Position numbers and translations under genes: made by a program
Shown here: in pieces, positions 37,991-50,843 of the stretch
Numbering within the stretch: the first letter of the stretch is position 1
Layout: each line of letters begins with the position of its first letter
Notes under the pieces: model-generated
What the model was told of the DNA's origin: nothing
The model's input: the letters and a program-made list of their open reading frames with translations, nothing else
Database searches by the model: none
DNA from: Lama guanicoe
Lineage: Eukaryota
Length of the DNA: 64,000 bases
Direction of reading: 5' to 3'
Assembly (NCBI GenBank): GCA_013239625.1
Contig: MU053379.1
Coordinates: 1,482,974-1,546,973, forward strand

Positions 37991-39279
37991 GCCTGCCAGT
38001 CTCCTGGGGGCGGCAGAACTCAGGAGCCCCCGGGTCAGCGGCAGGACTGAGCTCCTACCCATGGCGACAGTGAAGCTGGTGTCAGCGTTTGTGCCGGCTC
38101 CCTGAGCCCCGCTTTCCCCCGGTGACATGCTGGCCCAGGTGTCGCCTCACATGCAGTGGGCCGTGCAGCAGAAGCACCCTGAGAACCCAAGTCTTTTGTA
38201 ATTTCTGACCTTTGCTCTGGAGAGAGACACTCTCTCTCCCATGGCTGTGTGCTGTTTAAACATCCTGGGAGACAGAGTCCACGAGCCAAGGCTGGCTGCT
38301 CCTCTGCTCACAAGATGTGCAGGAGCACCCGGGACCACGGGAACTGTTGCCCAGCAGGAACTTGACCCAGGTCGCCCCGTCTGGAGGTGGTGGAGTCAGG
38401 GTTCAAAGCCAGGCCAGCAGCCCCCAGAGCCTGCGCTCCCCCCGGCCCCGCCCCGCCCGGCTGCCCCACCACCTGAGGAGGAGGAAGGGGAGGCGCTGAG
38501 CTGCGGCCCTGGTCACACAGCGGCTCACTCACTCACCACTTGCTCTGAGCATCACTCGCTCTGACCCCATTCGTCCTTGCTCTTTCATTCCATCCTGTTT
38601 GCCCATCCAGACCCCGTTCCGCCCTCTCCGCCCTGCTCTCCCTGGAGGCTGACTGCTGTGCGCCCTGCTCCCTGCTTCTGTCGGGTTTGGACCAGGGTGG
38701 GCGTGCGCGGGTGGCTGAGGACTGAATGACCAGGGCAGGTGTGGCTCCTCGCTCCTTCCTCTGCGGGGATGAAGGCCTCCTCCAGCTGTTCCCAACTCCC
38801 CAGGCTCTTCTCCCTCTGTCTCTGCAGGGTGGTGACGGCTCCCCTCTCTGTAGCTCCAGGTAAGTCTCCCCCTCCTGGACCCACCCCCTCTAACTCTCCA
38901 CGGTCTGGTGGTGGCCAGCATTGAGGGTCACCTGTGTCCTGGACTTGCCAGGGCCTCCCAGCTGCGACCGTCACAGGGCTTCTGTCCTGGTGACGTGCTC
39001 CGCCGGCTGAGACTGAAGTCATGAGGGCTGTGGCCTGCGCCCAGGTCATTTCTTTGCAAAATTACGGGGATGTCTCTCCTTTGTAGCCCTTTCTGTGTCA
39101 TGTGTGTTGTGTAACAGCTTTATCCAGGCCGCCTGCCCCCCTTACCTAAAAGTCCCTGGTGGAGGCCCTGCATTCCCACGCTCGCTGTCCTGCTGTGTAG
39201 ACAGAGCCCAGGCCCCCTTCCTCTTCTGAAACGCACCCTCAGTTGAAGGAAGAGATGGCGACACCCCAGGTGTCTCTTA

Positions 39280-41910
39280 GAAAATTTCAAGTATAGTCAC
39301 CCTGCTGTATCTAGATCCCCAGAACTCGTTCATCTCATAGCTGAAGGCTTGTGCCCCTTAAAAAAATCTGTATACGTCTCAGGTGTACATCACTGCAGTT
39401 CGACATCTGTGTTCTCTACAGGTGGTCACCACCGCGAGCCCAGTCACACCTATCGCCGTGCAGTTGACCCCCGTCGCCCATTTCACCCACCTGCCAGCCT
39501 CCTTCCCCTCTGCTAGCCACTGATCTGATCTCGGTACCTGTGAGTTTGGTTTTGATTTATTTTTCAGATTCACGTGTAAGTGAAGTCGTACCAGATACGT
39601 CTTCCTCTGTCTGACGTACTTCACTGAGCATAACGCCTTCAGGGTCCATCCGTGTTGCTGCAAATGGCAGGGTTCCATCTCTTTCATGGCCGAGTGGCGT
39701 CCCATTGTCCATGCACCGCATCGTCTTTATCCATCCATCCTTGGTGGACACTTAGCTTGCTTGCGTATCTTGGCTGTTGTATATAATGCTGCAGTGAACA
39801 CGGTGCACGCATCTTTTCTATTTAGAGTTTTTATGTTCTTTGGATAAATACCCAGAAACGGAATAGCTTTTCCACTATGGCCACACCAGTTTACATCCCC
39901 ATCCACAGTGCACAAGGGCTCCCATTTCTCCAGACCCTCACGAACACTTGGTATCTCTTGTCTTTTTGATCATAGCCATCCTAACAGGTGTGACGTGAAG
40001 TCTTGTGGCTTTGATTTGCATTTCCCTGAAGATCAGTGATGTTGGGCACTTCTTCCTGTATGTCGGCCGTTTGTATATCTTCCTTGGAAAAATGTCTGTT
40101 CAGGTCCTTTGCCCATTTTGAATCAGGTTACTTATTTTTTGCAGTTGAGTTATCTATGTTCCTTATATATTTTGAATATTAATCCCTTATCAGACATGTG
40201 GTTTGCAAACTTTCCTTTCTTTCAGTGGGTTTTCTTTTCATTTTGTGGATTGTTTCTTTTGCTGTGCAGAAGCCTTTCAGTTTGATTTAGTCCCACTCAT
40301 TTATTTGTGTTTTTGTTGCCTGTGCTTTCGGTGTCATCCAAGAAATCACTGCCAAGAACAGTATCAGGGAGTTTCTTTCCTATGTTTTCTTCTAGGGATT
40401 TTATGGTCTCAGGTATTATGTTATGTTTAAGTCTTTCATCCATTTTGAGTTAATTTTTGTGAGTGGTATAAGACAGAGGTCCAGTTTCTTTTTCTGCATG
40501 TGGCTATCCAGTTTTCCCAGCATCATTTGTTAAAGAGACTAACTTCCCCATTGAATACTCTTTTTAAAAATTTTTTTTCTTTTTCTTTTTTTGGTAGGGG
40601 CAGAGTAATTGTGTTTCTTTATTTCTTTCTTTATTTACTTATTGATTTATCTTAATGGAGGTGCTGGGGATTGAACCCAGGACCTTGTGCATGCTAAGCA
40701 TATGCTCTACCACTGAGCTATACGTGCCCCCCTCCCACATTGAGTATTCTTGACTCCCTTGTCAAATGTTAGTTGAACATAATTTATAAACATAAATTAG
40801 GTTTGTTTCTGGGCTCTCAGTTCTCTTCCTTTGGTCTGTGTGTCTGTTTTTACGCCAGTATCATACCATTCTGTTTACTTTGTAGTGTAATTTGAAATCA
40901 GAAAGTGTGATGCTTCCAGTTTTGTTAGTTCTTAAGATTGCTTTGACTATTTGGGGTCTTTTGTGGTCCCAGGCAAATTGTTTTTTCTTTTTTTAAAACT
41001 TTTTTTAATTGAGTTATAGTCAGTTTACAATGTTGTGTCAATTTCCCGTGTAGAGCACAATTTGTCAGTTATACACAAACATACACAAATTCATTGTCAC
41101 ATTCTTTTGTTTTTTTCTGTTTCTGTGAAAAATGCCAGTGGAGTTTTGTATTAAATTTATAGATGGCTTTGGGTAGCGTGGCCTTGTTAAGAATGTTCAT
41201 TCCAATCCATTAACATGGGCTATTCTTTGAATCATTTGTGTCTTCCTTAATTTCTTCTGTCAGTGTCTTTTACAATGTACAGCTCTCTTACCTACCTTGG
41301 TAGGATTTATTCCTAAGTATTTTATCATTTTTGATACTATTATAAATGGGATTAAAAATTTCTTTCTGATAGTTTGTTGTTAGTGTATAGAAAGACAGCT
41401 GATTCTTGTTTTTTGACTTTTTATTCTGCAACTTGACTGAATTTGTTTATTAGTTCTAACAGTTTTTTGGTGGAGTCTTTATGGCTTTCTGTATTTAAGA
41501 TCACATCATCTACAAACAGACAACTTTACTTCTTCCTTTTTGATCTGGATACCTTATATTTCTTTTTCCTGCCTAATTGCTCTGGCTGGGACTTCCAATA
41601 CTGTGTTGAATAGAAGTGGCAGGAGTGGGCACCCTTATTTCTGTTCTTTGAATATGATGTTAACTGTGGATTTGTCATATATATGGCCTTTATTATGTTG
41701 GGGTGCATCCCTTCTTTATATAATTTGTTGAGAGATTTTATCATAAAAGCATGTTGAATTTTGTCAAGTGCTTTTTGTATGTCTATTAAGATGATAGTAT
41801 GACTTTATCCTTCATTTTGTTAATGTGATGTATCACAGTGATTCGTGTATATTGAATCATCCTTGCAGCACAGGGATGATTCCAGCGTGATCATGGTGTG
41901 TGATCCTTTT
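39280..41910 (-). mobile_element. older L1 (3'UTR plus ORF2 C-terminal part) hosting nested insertions
   Basis: Reverse ORFs contain AIPFLGIYPK and TLPFAATRMDPEGVMLSEV. It is interrupted by a SINE (40561-40733) and a short young L1 end (40980-41108). Confidence 0.85.
40561..40733 (-). mobile_element. tRNA-derived SINE (camelid type) nested in L1
   Basis: GGGGATTGAACCCAGGACCTTGTGCATGCTAAGCATATGCTCTACCACTGAGCTATAC. Near-TSD CATTGAATACTCTT / CATTGAGTATTCTT. Confidence 0.9.
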
Positions 41911-41916
41911 AATGTG

Positions 41917-41933
41917 CTTTTTTTTGGGGATAA

Positions 41934-41967
<34 letters not shown>

Positions 41968-43011
41968 ATTTTATTGAAGTATAGTCAGTTTACAATGTTG
42001 TGTCCATTTCTGGTGTACAGCACAATGCTTCAGTCATACATGAACATACATATATTCATTTTCATATTCTTTTTCACCATAAGTTACTAAAAGATACTGA
42101 ATATAGTTCCCAGTGCTATAGCAGTATGAACTTTTTGTTTATCTGTTTTCTATATGTTAGTATCTATAAATCTCAAACTCCCAGTTTATCCCTCTCCACC
42201 TCCTTCCCCCCAGTAACTACAATTTTTGTTCCTATGTCTGTCAATCTGCTTCTGTTTTGTAAATAAATTCATTTCTCTTTTTTTTAGATTCCACATATAA
42301 GTGATATCAGATGGTATTTTTCTTTGTGGCTTACTTAACTTAGAATGACATTCTCAGGGCCATCCATGTTACTGCAAATGGCGTTATTTTATTCTTTTTT
42401 ATGGCTCAGTATAAATATACCACAACTTCTTTATCCAGTCATCTGTTAATGGACATTTAGGCTGTTTCCATGTCTTGGCTATTGTAAATAGTGCTGCTAT
42501 GAACATTGGGGTGCATGTATTTTTTTGAATTAGAGTTCCCTGTGGACATACGCCCAGGAGTGGGATTGCTGGATCGTAGGGTAAGTCTATTTTCAGTCTT
42601 TTGAGAAATCTCCATACTGTCCTCCACAGTGGCTGCACCAAACTGCATTCCCACCAGCAGTGTAGGAGGGTCCCCTTTTCTCCACACCCTCTCCAACATT
42701 TATCATTTGTGAACTTTTAAATAATGGCCATTCTGACTGCTGTGAGGTGATACCTCGTAGTTTTGATTTGCATTTCCCTGATAATTAATGATATTGAGCA
42801 TTTTTCATGTGCCTATTGGCCATCTGTATGTCTTCATTGGAGAATTGCTTGTTTAGGTCTTCTGCCCATTTTTGGATTGGGTTTGTTTTTTTCTTATTAT
42901 GTTGTATGAGTTGTTTATATATTTTGGAAATTAAGCTCTTGTCAGTCTCATATTTGGCAAATATTTTCTCCTATTCTGTAGGTTGTCTTTTTGTTTTGCT
43001 TATGGTTTCCT
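41917..43011 (-). mobile_element. young lineage L1, 5'-truncated, with (TA)n tail
   Basis: Reverse ORF 42399-42641 ([29 protein letters not shown]) is the L1 ORF2 C-terminus. (TA)n lies at about 41933-41968. Confidence 0.92.
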
Positions 43012-43073
43012 AATATGTTTTTTTTTTTTTGGCCCTTTTTCCCTTTCCTCTCCGTCTGGAACTCCAGTGTGTA

Positions 43074-44120
43074 CAGTCACAGCAAGGAGATATTACAGGT
43101 TTGGTTCCAGACCACTGCAATAAAGGGATTTTAAAAAAAGCTATAAATCACAAGAAAGCAAGTCTCATGAATTTTTGGTTTCCCAGTGCATATAAAAGTT
43201 ATGTTTACACTATACTGTAGGCTATTAAGTGTGTGATATCATTATGTCCAAAAAACCACATTCCTCAATTAAAAAATATTTAATTGCTAAAAAAATGTTA
43301 ACCATCTTCTGAGTCTTAAGCAAGTTGTAACCTTTTTGCTCGTAGAGGCCTGGGTCTTGATGCTGACGGCTGCTGACTGATCAGGGTGCTGGTTGTTGAA
43401 GATTGGGGTGGCTGTAGTAATTTCTTAGAATCAGACAGCAATGAAGTTTGCTGCATCAGTTGACTCTTTCCCGAATGACCTCTCTGTAGCAGGCAGTGCT
43501 GTTTGATGGCATTTTACCCACAGTGGAACTTCTTCCAAAATTGGAGTCAGTCCTCTCAAACCCTGCTGCCGCTTTATCTAAGTTCATGCAACATTCTCAA
43601 TCCTTTGTTGTCATTTCAACAACCTTCACAGCGTCTTCAACAGGAGCAGATTCCATCCCAAGAAACCACTCTCTTTGCTCGTCCAGAAGAAGCACCTCCT
43701 CCATTAAAGTTTTATCCTGAGATTGTAGCAATTCAGTCCCATCTTCAGGCTCCATGTCTGATTCTGCTTCTCTTGCTGTTTCCACCACATCTGCAGTAAC
43801 TTCCTCCAGTGAGGTCTCCAGCTCCTCAAAATCGCCCATGAAGTTTGGAATCAACTTCTTCCAGACCCCTGTTAATGGTGACATTTTGACCTCGCCCTCT
43901 GAATCACCAGCGTTCTTAATGGCACCTGGTGAATCTTTTCCAGAGGTTTTTAACTGACTTTGCCCAGATCCATCAGAGGAATCACTGTCGATGGCAGGTA
44001 TAACATTGAGAAGTATGAGGCCTGAAAATCAAAATGACCCCTTGACCCACTGGCTGTGGAACAGATGTTGTGCTATCAGGTGTGAAGACAACGTTCACCG
44101 CCTCGTCCATCGCCATCGCT
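43074..44120 (-). mobile_element. Tigger1 DNA transposon, 3' portion
   Basis: TA|CAG terminus followed by GGAGATATT..GGTTTGGTTCCAGACCACTGCAATAAAG. Reverse ORF 43597-43884 (TGVWKKLIP...EEVTADVVETARE...ELLQSQDKTL...VEMTTKD) is the Tigger1/TIGD1 transposase C-terminus. Confidence 0.92.
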
Positions 44121-44769
44121 GCTGGGAATGGCAGTGGGACTGAGAACTGCAGGTCTCACAGGTAGGTGGTAGTTGCTGCAGAAGTGAAGTTCAAGGTGGT
44201 TCTGAGCATCAGCGTGGAGAGAGTATGAGGAGCCGGGCCTCCCAGGGTCAGCCTGGCTCACGGGAGAGACCTGAGGCCGAGTGGACACCAGCATGCTCTG
44301 CCCAAAGGTGCCTCCCAAAGCCGCTACTTCACTTTAGTCTTGGGCCTTCAGAGAGCACTTAACCTTGCTCAGCTCCACGTGCCGGGGGAGGGGGGCCTTC
44401 CTCGGTCCTGGGCTTTCCTGACTTTCGCTAAAGATGCCAAGAGATTGTCGGCTTTGGGGATGACCGTGGTGGTTAGAAAAGGGTCTCACTGGGAGCTGAC
44501 ACATAGTAGGTCTTCCCCCACCAGTTGCTGGGGCTCCTCCGGGCTCTACTTTGCTTGCTGTCCAGGTGCGAGGCATGTCCTGCCGCCTTCCCAGGTGGCG
44601 TGGCCGCTGGCCTCCACGATGGCCCCCGAGTACTGTCACCTCCTGGTGTTCAGACTCGTATGGTCCGTTCTGTCACTGCCCTGTGTGATCAGTAGAGCAC
44701 AGCAACGTTAATGATGGAGGACTCCAGGAGTAGGTGAGAAAGACGCTGCAGCTTCAACCTTGTTTTCTT

Positions 44770-45030
44770 GGACTGCTTGCTCTGGGAGATGCTGGGGGCC
44801 ATGTTATGAGGACACCCAAACCTGGAGTGTGCACGCTTGCTCCCCGCAAGGAAAGGACCCAGCTGTGGCACCAATTTGCCGCTCATGGGAACGATCCCCC
44901 TTGGAAATGGATCCTCCAGCCCCAGGCGAGCCTTCAGAAGAATGACGCATCAGCGAGCAACTTGCTGAACTGTCACAACTACGCGCCTCTGACCTTCTCA
45001 TTACATGAGAAAAATAAACCACTAATTTGT
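44770..45030 (+). mobile_element. MLT1-type (MaLR) LTR fragment
   Basis: GCCATGTTATGAGGACACCCAA...GGATCCTCCAGCCCCAG...CATGAGAAAAATAAA. Confidence 0.5.
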
Positions 45031-45035
45031 CTAAT

Positions 45036-45247
45036 CAGGGGTTGCCCAACTCTTAACTCATGGCTGGCTGCCTGTGTTTTATAAATAAAATTTTATTGGC
45101 ACACAGCCACACTCATTTGTTTGTATACTGTCTGCAGCTGCTTTCCCTCCACAGCGGCAGAGGTGAGTGTCGTGATGGAGGCTGTGGCCCACTGCCTAGA
45201 CTTACTGTCTTCCCTGGCCCTTTAAGAGGAAGCTTGCCAATGCTTTG
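45036..45247. mobile_element. MER58A hAT-Charlie element
   Basis: CAGGGGTTG..CAACT...TAAATAAAATTTTATTGGCACACAGCCACACTCATTTGTTT...TGGCCCTTTA. Confidence 0.75.
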
Positions 45248-45955
45248 CCTAAGCCATTGCTTTTCCCCCCTACTTGTAGCTGAACACAATACGTAGATGA
45301 TGTGTGGTCCAATCCACAGGACATTTGTTCTTGAAGAACCAGCTGTCTCAGTGATGGGGATGTTTGTGGAGAATCTTGTCAGAAAGACCATCTGGCTTAA
45401 CGCTGCACTGACCAACAGCGTCCGTGAGGAAGCAGAGTCCATCTTAGCTGATTCAAGAGACTTTAATGAAAGGACTTCCTACAGAGGTGAGGGAGAGTCA
45501 AGAGAGCACACACAGGATGCTGAGGCCCCCAGAGGCCCGCCACCGCGGGAGCCATTGTCTCCTGCAGACCCGTAGGGAGGAGGGAGGAAGAGGTGCTCCC
45601 GGAGCCCCACTGGTACATTAGCATCAACTAATAATTATGGTTCAAGCTACTCTAAGAATTCAGATCCAGTTTGAACCATTGTATAGGGACAAAGTTGGGT
45701 GCTGGAGCAATAAATTACCCAGAAGACGCAGCCTTCAGAATCTCTCTTGCTACAAGTCTACCATCTGAGCAATTGTGCAAAGGAGCTTGCGGCCTTGCTT
45801 GGCAGGGCAATTACTGCCTCTCTGCTTGATTTTGCATGTATAAACTGCAAAAGCTTTTTCATCTAATCACAAATGCCCAAACCAGGTTTTAGTTGTCACT
45901 TTTATATAGATTTTCAAAGCCATGAGTATTATATATAACTATCAGAGAAACAGAG

Positions 45956-47592
45956 TTTTTGTGTCTGTTTGTTTGTTTTTTATTGAAGTACAGTCAGTTA
46001 CAGTGTGCCAATTTCTGGTGCACACCACACTGTCTCAGTCATACCTATACATACATTTGTTCATTTTCATACTCTTTCATTAAAGGTTATTACAAGATAT
46101 TGAACATAGTTCCCTGTGTTATACAGAAGAAACTTTTTAAAATCTATTTTTATATATAGTGGCTAATATTTGTAAATTTCAGACTCCCGAATTTATTCCT
46201 TCCCACCTCTTTTCCCCCCGGTAACCATAAAATTGTTTACTATGTCTTAGAGTCTTTCTGTTTTGTAGATGAGTTCATAGTGTCCTATCCTTTTCTCTTA
46301 TATTCCACAGATAAGTAATATCATATGGTATTTTTCTTTCTCTTTCTGGGTTACTTCTTTTAAAATGACAATCTCTAGGTCCATCTATGTTGCTGCAAAT
46401 GGCATTATTTTATTCTTTTTTATGGCTGAGTAGTATTCCATGGTATAAGTATACCACAACTTCTTTATCTGTCATCTGTCTTTATCAGTCATCTGTTGAT
46501 TCACATTTAGGTTGTTTCCATGTCTTAGTTATTGTAAATAGTGCTGCTGTGAACATTGGTGTGCAGGTGTCTTTTTGAATTAGAGTTCCCTCTGATATAT
46601 ACCCTGGAGTGGGATTGCTGGATCATAGGGTAAGTCTATTTTTATTTTTTAAAGAAATCCCCATACTATTTTCCATAATGGTTGCCCCAGATTGCATTCC
46701 CATCATCAGTGTAGGAGGGTTCCCTTTTCTCCACACCCTTTCCAGCATTTATCACTTGTGGACTTTTGAATGATGGCCTTTCTGACTGCTGTGAGGTGAT
46801 ACCTCATTGTGGTTTTGATTTGCATTTCCCTGATAATTAGTAATGTTGAGCATTTTTTCATGTGCCTGTTGGCCATCTATGTCTTCATTGGAGAATTGCT
46901 TGTTTAGGTCTTCTGCCCATTTTGGGATTGTTTTTTTTTCTTATTAAGTCATATGAGCTGTTTATATATTCTGGAAATTAAGCCCTTGTCAATCTCATCT
47001 TTTGCAAATGTTTTCTCCCATTCTGTAGGTTGTCTTTTGTTTTATTTACGGCTTCCTTTGCTGTGCAAAAGCTTGTAAGTTTAATTAGGTCCCATTTGTT
47101 TATTTTTGCTTTTATTTCTATTGCCTGGGTAGAGTGTCCTAGGAGAACATTGCTAAGATTTGTGTCAGAGAATGTTTTGCCTATATTTTCTTCTAGGAGA
47201 TTTATCGTGTCATGTCTTAAATTTAAGTCTTTAAGCCATTTTGAGTTTATTTTTGTGCATGGTGTGAGGGAGTGTTCCAGCTTCATTGATTTACGTGCAG
47301 CTGTCCAGTTATCCCAACACCAGTTGCTAAAGAGACTGTCTTTACTCCACTGTGTGTTCTGCCTTCTTTGTTGAATATTAATTGACGATAGGTCCGTGGA
47401 TTATTTCTGAGCTCTCTGTTCTGTTGATCCATATGTCTGCTTTTGTGCCAGTACCACACTGTTTTGCTTATTATAGCTTTGTAGGATTGTCTGAAGTCTG
47501 GGAGAGTTATACCTCCAGCTTTGTTCTTTTTTCTCAGGATTGCTTTGGTAATTCTGAATCTTCTGTGGTTCCACATAAATTTTATAATTATT
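45956..47592 (-). mobile_element. young lineage L1, 5'-truncated
   Basis: Reverse ORFs contain [18 protein letters not shown] and [22 protein letters not shown] (L1 ORF2p), plus an L1 3'UTR. Confidence 0.95.
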
Positions 47593-47844
47593 TGATCTCA
47601 CCTGTTGATTTGCAGACACATCCACGCTGACTGTTACTTTGTGTACTGATGCTCTTACTGGGCAGTACATGCCAGAGGAGGGTGGCCGTCCTCTTCCTTT
47701 ACATGCTGAGACCCAGGCTCAGCCCCAGACACAGGTCAGATGTTCCAGAGAGGAGCCACAGGCTCCGTTCCCCAGCGCTCTGCCTGCAGCGAGAGGGCAG
47801 CTGCAGAGTGCCCGCCCTGCTCTGCATGCGTTGGTTGCCACTCC

Positions 47845-48402
47845 GTCTAGTATTGCTGTTTAACTAGTTACCCAAGAATCAGCGCTGAGAACAACCATCT
47901 TACTAGGTTTAACAGAACTCAGCTGGTCAGCAAGCTGGGCAGAGTGTGCCGGGGATAACTGCCTCTGCTCCCCGGTTTCCAAAGTCTTCTCTGGGAAGGC
48001 TTCAGTGCCGGGGGTGACGCCACACTTGGGGGCTGGAATCTTCCCAGCGCTCTTTTGCTCTCATGTCGAGTGCCTGAGACAGGAAGGCTTGAAGACTTAA
48101 GACAGCGGACACTCACCTCTGGCTTCTCCACGTAGTTGGGCTTCCTCAGAACATGGCGGCTCCCACCTGCGGACCTTCCCGTAGGCCGGCTCAGGCTCCA
48201 CGTGCTGGTGTCCTGGTGAACAAGGAGAAGCAGCATGGCCTTTTGTAACCCAGCCATGGAAGTCACATGGCATCTTTTCTGACACTGTCTATTGCGCCAA
48301 GCAGTCATAAGCCCACCCACATTCAAAGGAAGAGAAACTAGTCCCCACTTGCCATGGAAGGGAGTATCAAATAGTTTTAGAGTCATGTTTTAAAACCACC
48401 AT
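47845..48402 (-). mobile_element. MLT1-type LTR
   Basis: TATTGCTGTTTAAC...GCAGTCATAAGCCCACCCACATTCAAGG...GTTTTAAAACCACCA. Confidence 0.6.
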
Positions 48403-49349
48403 ATTGGAAATGGGGGAGCCATTTCATGTGCCTGGTAGAAAGTGGCAGAAAATGGAGTGTAACATTTTCTCTTCTGGAGGTTGGAGTAACTCACTCAAAA
48501 AGATGCACAGTGGGCAGGCTGAGTGAACCTTTTAACTGGACTGTAGGGGTCAGAGCTTTAAACTCCAAATGATTCATGTGTGGCAGTGATGCTGTTGGTG
48601 TGACGGAGCATTATTAAAGAGCTGTGAGTTGGCCATTTCTCTACCATCTTTCTCTCCTGCCTAACATTTGAGACGCATTACAACCCTGAGGGGGGAGGCT
48701 TAGAAGATCATATAACTGCATCCTATTGGGGTGGGGCAGACTGAAGTGCTAAGAAGGGACAGGGTTGTGAATAAGGTGTGGTCATTGGCTGGTTCCCAAA
48801 GGAGATGGGGTGACCATCAGGCTGAGCAAACCATGAGTCCAGGAGCAGGAAAAGAGAACTTGGGGTGGACTGGAAGGGAAAGTCACATCTGTAAATAGCT
48901 GACAAGAGGTCACAGAGGGAAGCTTCGGTTTACTGGGATTGCAGAGGGGGAGGAATGAATATAAGTGAGGCCAGAGGTGGCAGTTAAATGCGGAAGAGAC
49001 TTAGAGACCTTAGAAAGATCTCATGAGAAATGGGTTTAGGGTGTTGCTCTTGGTTTTTGGAAAGCAAAATAGAAAGAAGTTTCAAGGCTCACTGTGAGAC
49101 CACCATGGACATAGATACTTTCCAGGTCATGTGATGGAGGAAGAGAATCATAAACAGACATCAACATGGTCATGCTGTACCATGGAGCATCCCCAGGGGA
49201 CAGAATTGGCCGCCCACACATTGACAGAAGCACTTCTCACGGTGTGGCCGACTGTTGCTCCCATGCCTGCTAACATTCTGGAAGGAAATTGAGACCCAGT
49301 GGTTTCTGGATGTGGCGTGCCTCATTGGCCATAGCGGGTTGGCCCTGAG

Positions 49350-49520
49350 TTTACTTAGGGCTTTTACGTTCATGATCTCATTTATCTTACAAGCTTGTGA
49401 AGTTGGCAGGGGAGGTATTATCATGCCCATTTTGGGGATAAGGGAGCTGGAACTGGGGAGGTTAAGTGGCTCCTCCAAGCCAGGCAGCAGCAGGGCCAGG
49501 ACTGGAATCCAAGTCTCATG
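49350..49520 (-). mobile_element. MIR SINE
   Basis: ATCTCATTTATCTTACAA...GGTATTATCATGCCCATTTT...GAGGTTAAGTGGCT...GGAATCCAAGTCT. Confidence 0.65.
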
Positions 49521-49789
49521 CCTCCTGGTTTTGCTGGGACCTCTGGCCCCTGCCCCACCGCCTCCCGTGCTGAGCTGGGGGCGCACGTGTGCCATCAGCT
49601 GGCTGACCCCTCTTCCAGTGGCAGGCGGAAGCGGGAAGGGTTTGACTGCTTCTCACAGCTGGAGTCCATTTCAACTTCAGCCTTCCTTCCAGACACGCAC
49701 ACTCCCACTCCAAGCCCCTCGCACGGTGTTGCTGCTGCAGTTGCCTGCTTTTCAACAGCTGCAGGGGCCACTGCTCCTTTTATTCCCTC

Positions 49790-50317
49790 ACTGATCTGTT
49801 GTCCACTGCTGCGTAACAAGCGACTCCAAACCCTGGTGGCTTAGAACAGTGGCCATCATTATTTCTCACGTTTCCGTGGATCAGCAATCTGGGCAGCTTT
49901 TCTGACGGTCTTGCCCGGGTTCACGCACACGGTGGTGATCATCTGGTCATGAGGCTGGGGCTGAAGAGCCCAAGATGCCCTCACTCTTATGTCTGGTTGT
50001 TGGTGGGACCCCTCCATTCTCCTCCAAGTGGCCTCTAAGCCTTCAGTAGGCAAGCCTGGGCTTCCTCACAGCCTGGCAGCCTCAGGGTTCCAAGAAGGTG
50101 AAGGTGGAAGCTGCAAGGCTCTTTAAGACCTAGACTCATGAAAGCACCCGACATCACATCCATCATATTCTATTGGTCAAAATCAGAAAGCCAGCCCAGA
50201 TTCAAAGGGGTGGAGAAATGGACCTCAAAGATGGAGTGTTGATGGGAGGGGCAGCAGTGTCCCTCTGCAGAGGGGCATGGGCTCACTGGGGACCATTATT
50301 GATAACGATCTGCCACA
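49790..50317 (-). mobile_element. MLT1-type LTR
   Basis: CTGCTGCGTAACAA..CCAAA..GGTGGCTTAGAACA...ATTCTATTGGTCAAA...CCCAGATTCAAAGGGGTGGAGAAATGGAC...TCTGCCACA. Confidence 0.7.
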
Positions 50318-50669
50318 AGGATGAGCCAGCACATGCCCTAGAAGGAAAAAGCAAGACTCTTTTCTCTTACAGCACTTGCATATCAGCTGGTGTTGTTCGG
50401 CGGTGCACGACAGAAACAGGCTCAGCTAACTTAGACAGACACTCATACAGCAGACGGGCGTCCGGAAGCTCCCCGACTTGATGGGAGCGTTTTGCAATGA
50501 GACCTCAGAAGTGATGGGAAGACGGCAGCCCTGGGGGTCTCCGAAGCAGGGATTGACGGACAGCCTTCATAGGGAACTGCCACTGGGATGACTTTGTTCC
50601 ATCTGATTTTTTCCTTTGGGGTGAGGGGAGGTCTTTGTGTCACTTGGCTCAAGATTCAGATGCCTTGAG

Positions 50670-50843
50670 GATGTAATATACAGCCTAAGGAACACGGTCA
50701 GTGGTGCTGTAATAACTTAGTGTGGGACAGACGGTTACTAGACTTACTGTGGCGATCATTTCATACGTATGCAGATGTCAGATCATTGTGCGGTACATCT
50801 GAAACTAACTGTATTGTACATCAACTATATTTCAATTAAAAAA
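50670..50843 (+). mobile_element. short L1 3' end
   Basis: GATGTAATATACAGC...TGAAACTAA...TATATTTCAATTAAAAAAA. Imperfect TSD AAGATTCAGATGCCT / AAGGTTCAGATTCCC. Confidence 0.7.

Noticed and set aside
43597..43884. ORF similar to the TIGD1 protein
   Set aside because: It is a decayed fragment of a truncated Tigger1 with stops and frameshifts, not a domesticated gene.
46978..47576. L1 ORF2-like ORFs (also 60785-61250 and 42399-42699)
   Set aside because: These are 5'-truncated, frameshifted L1 copies with no intact endonuclease or reverse transcriptase.
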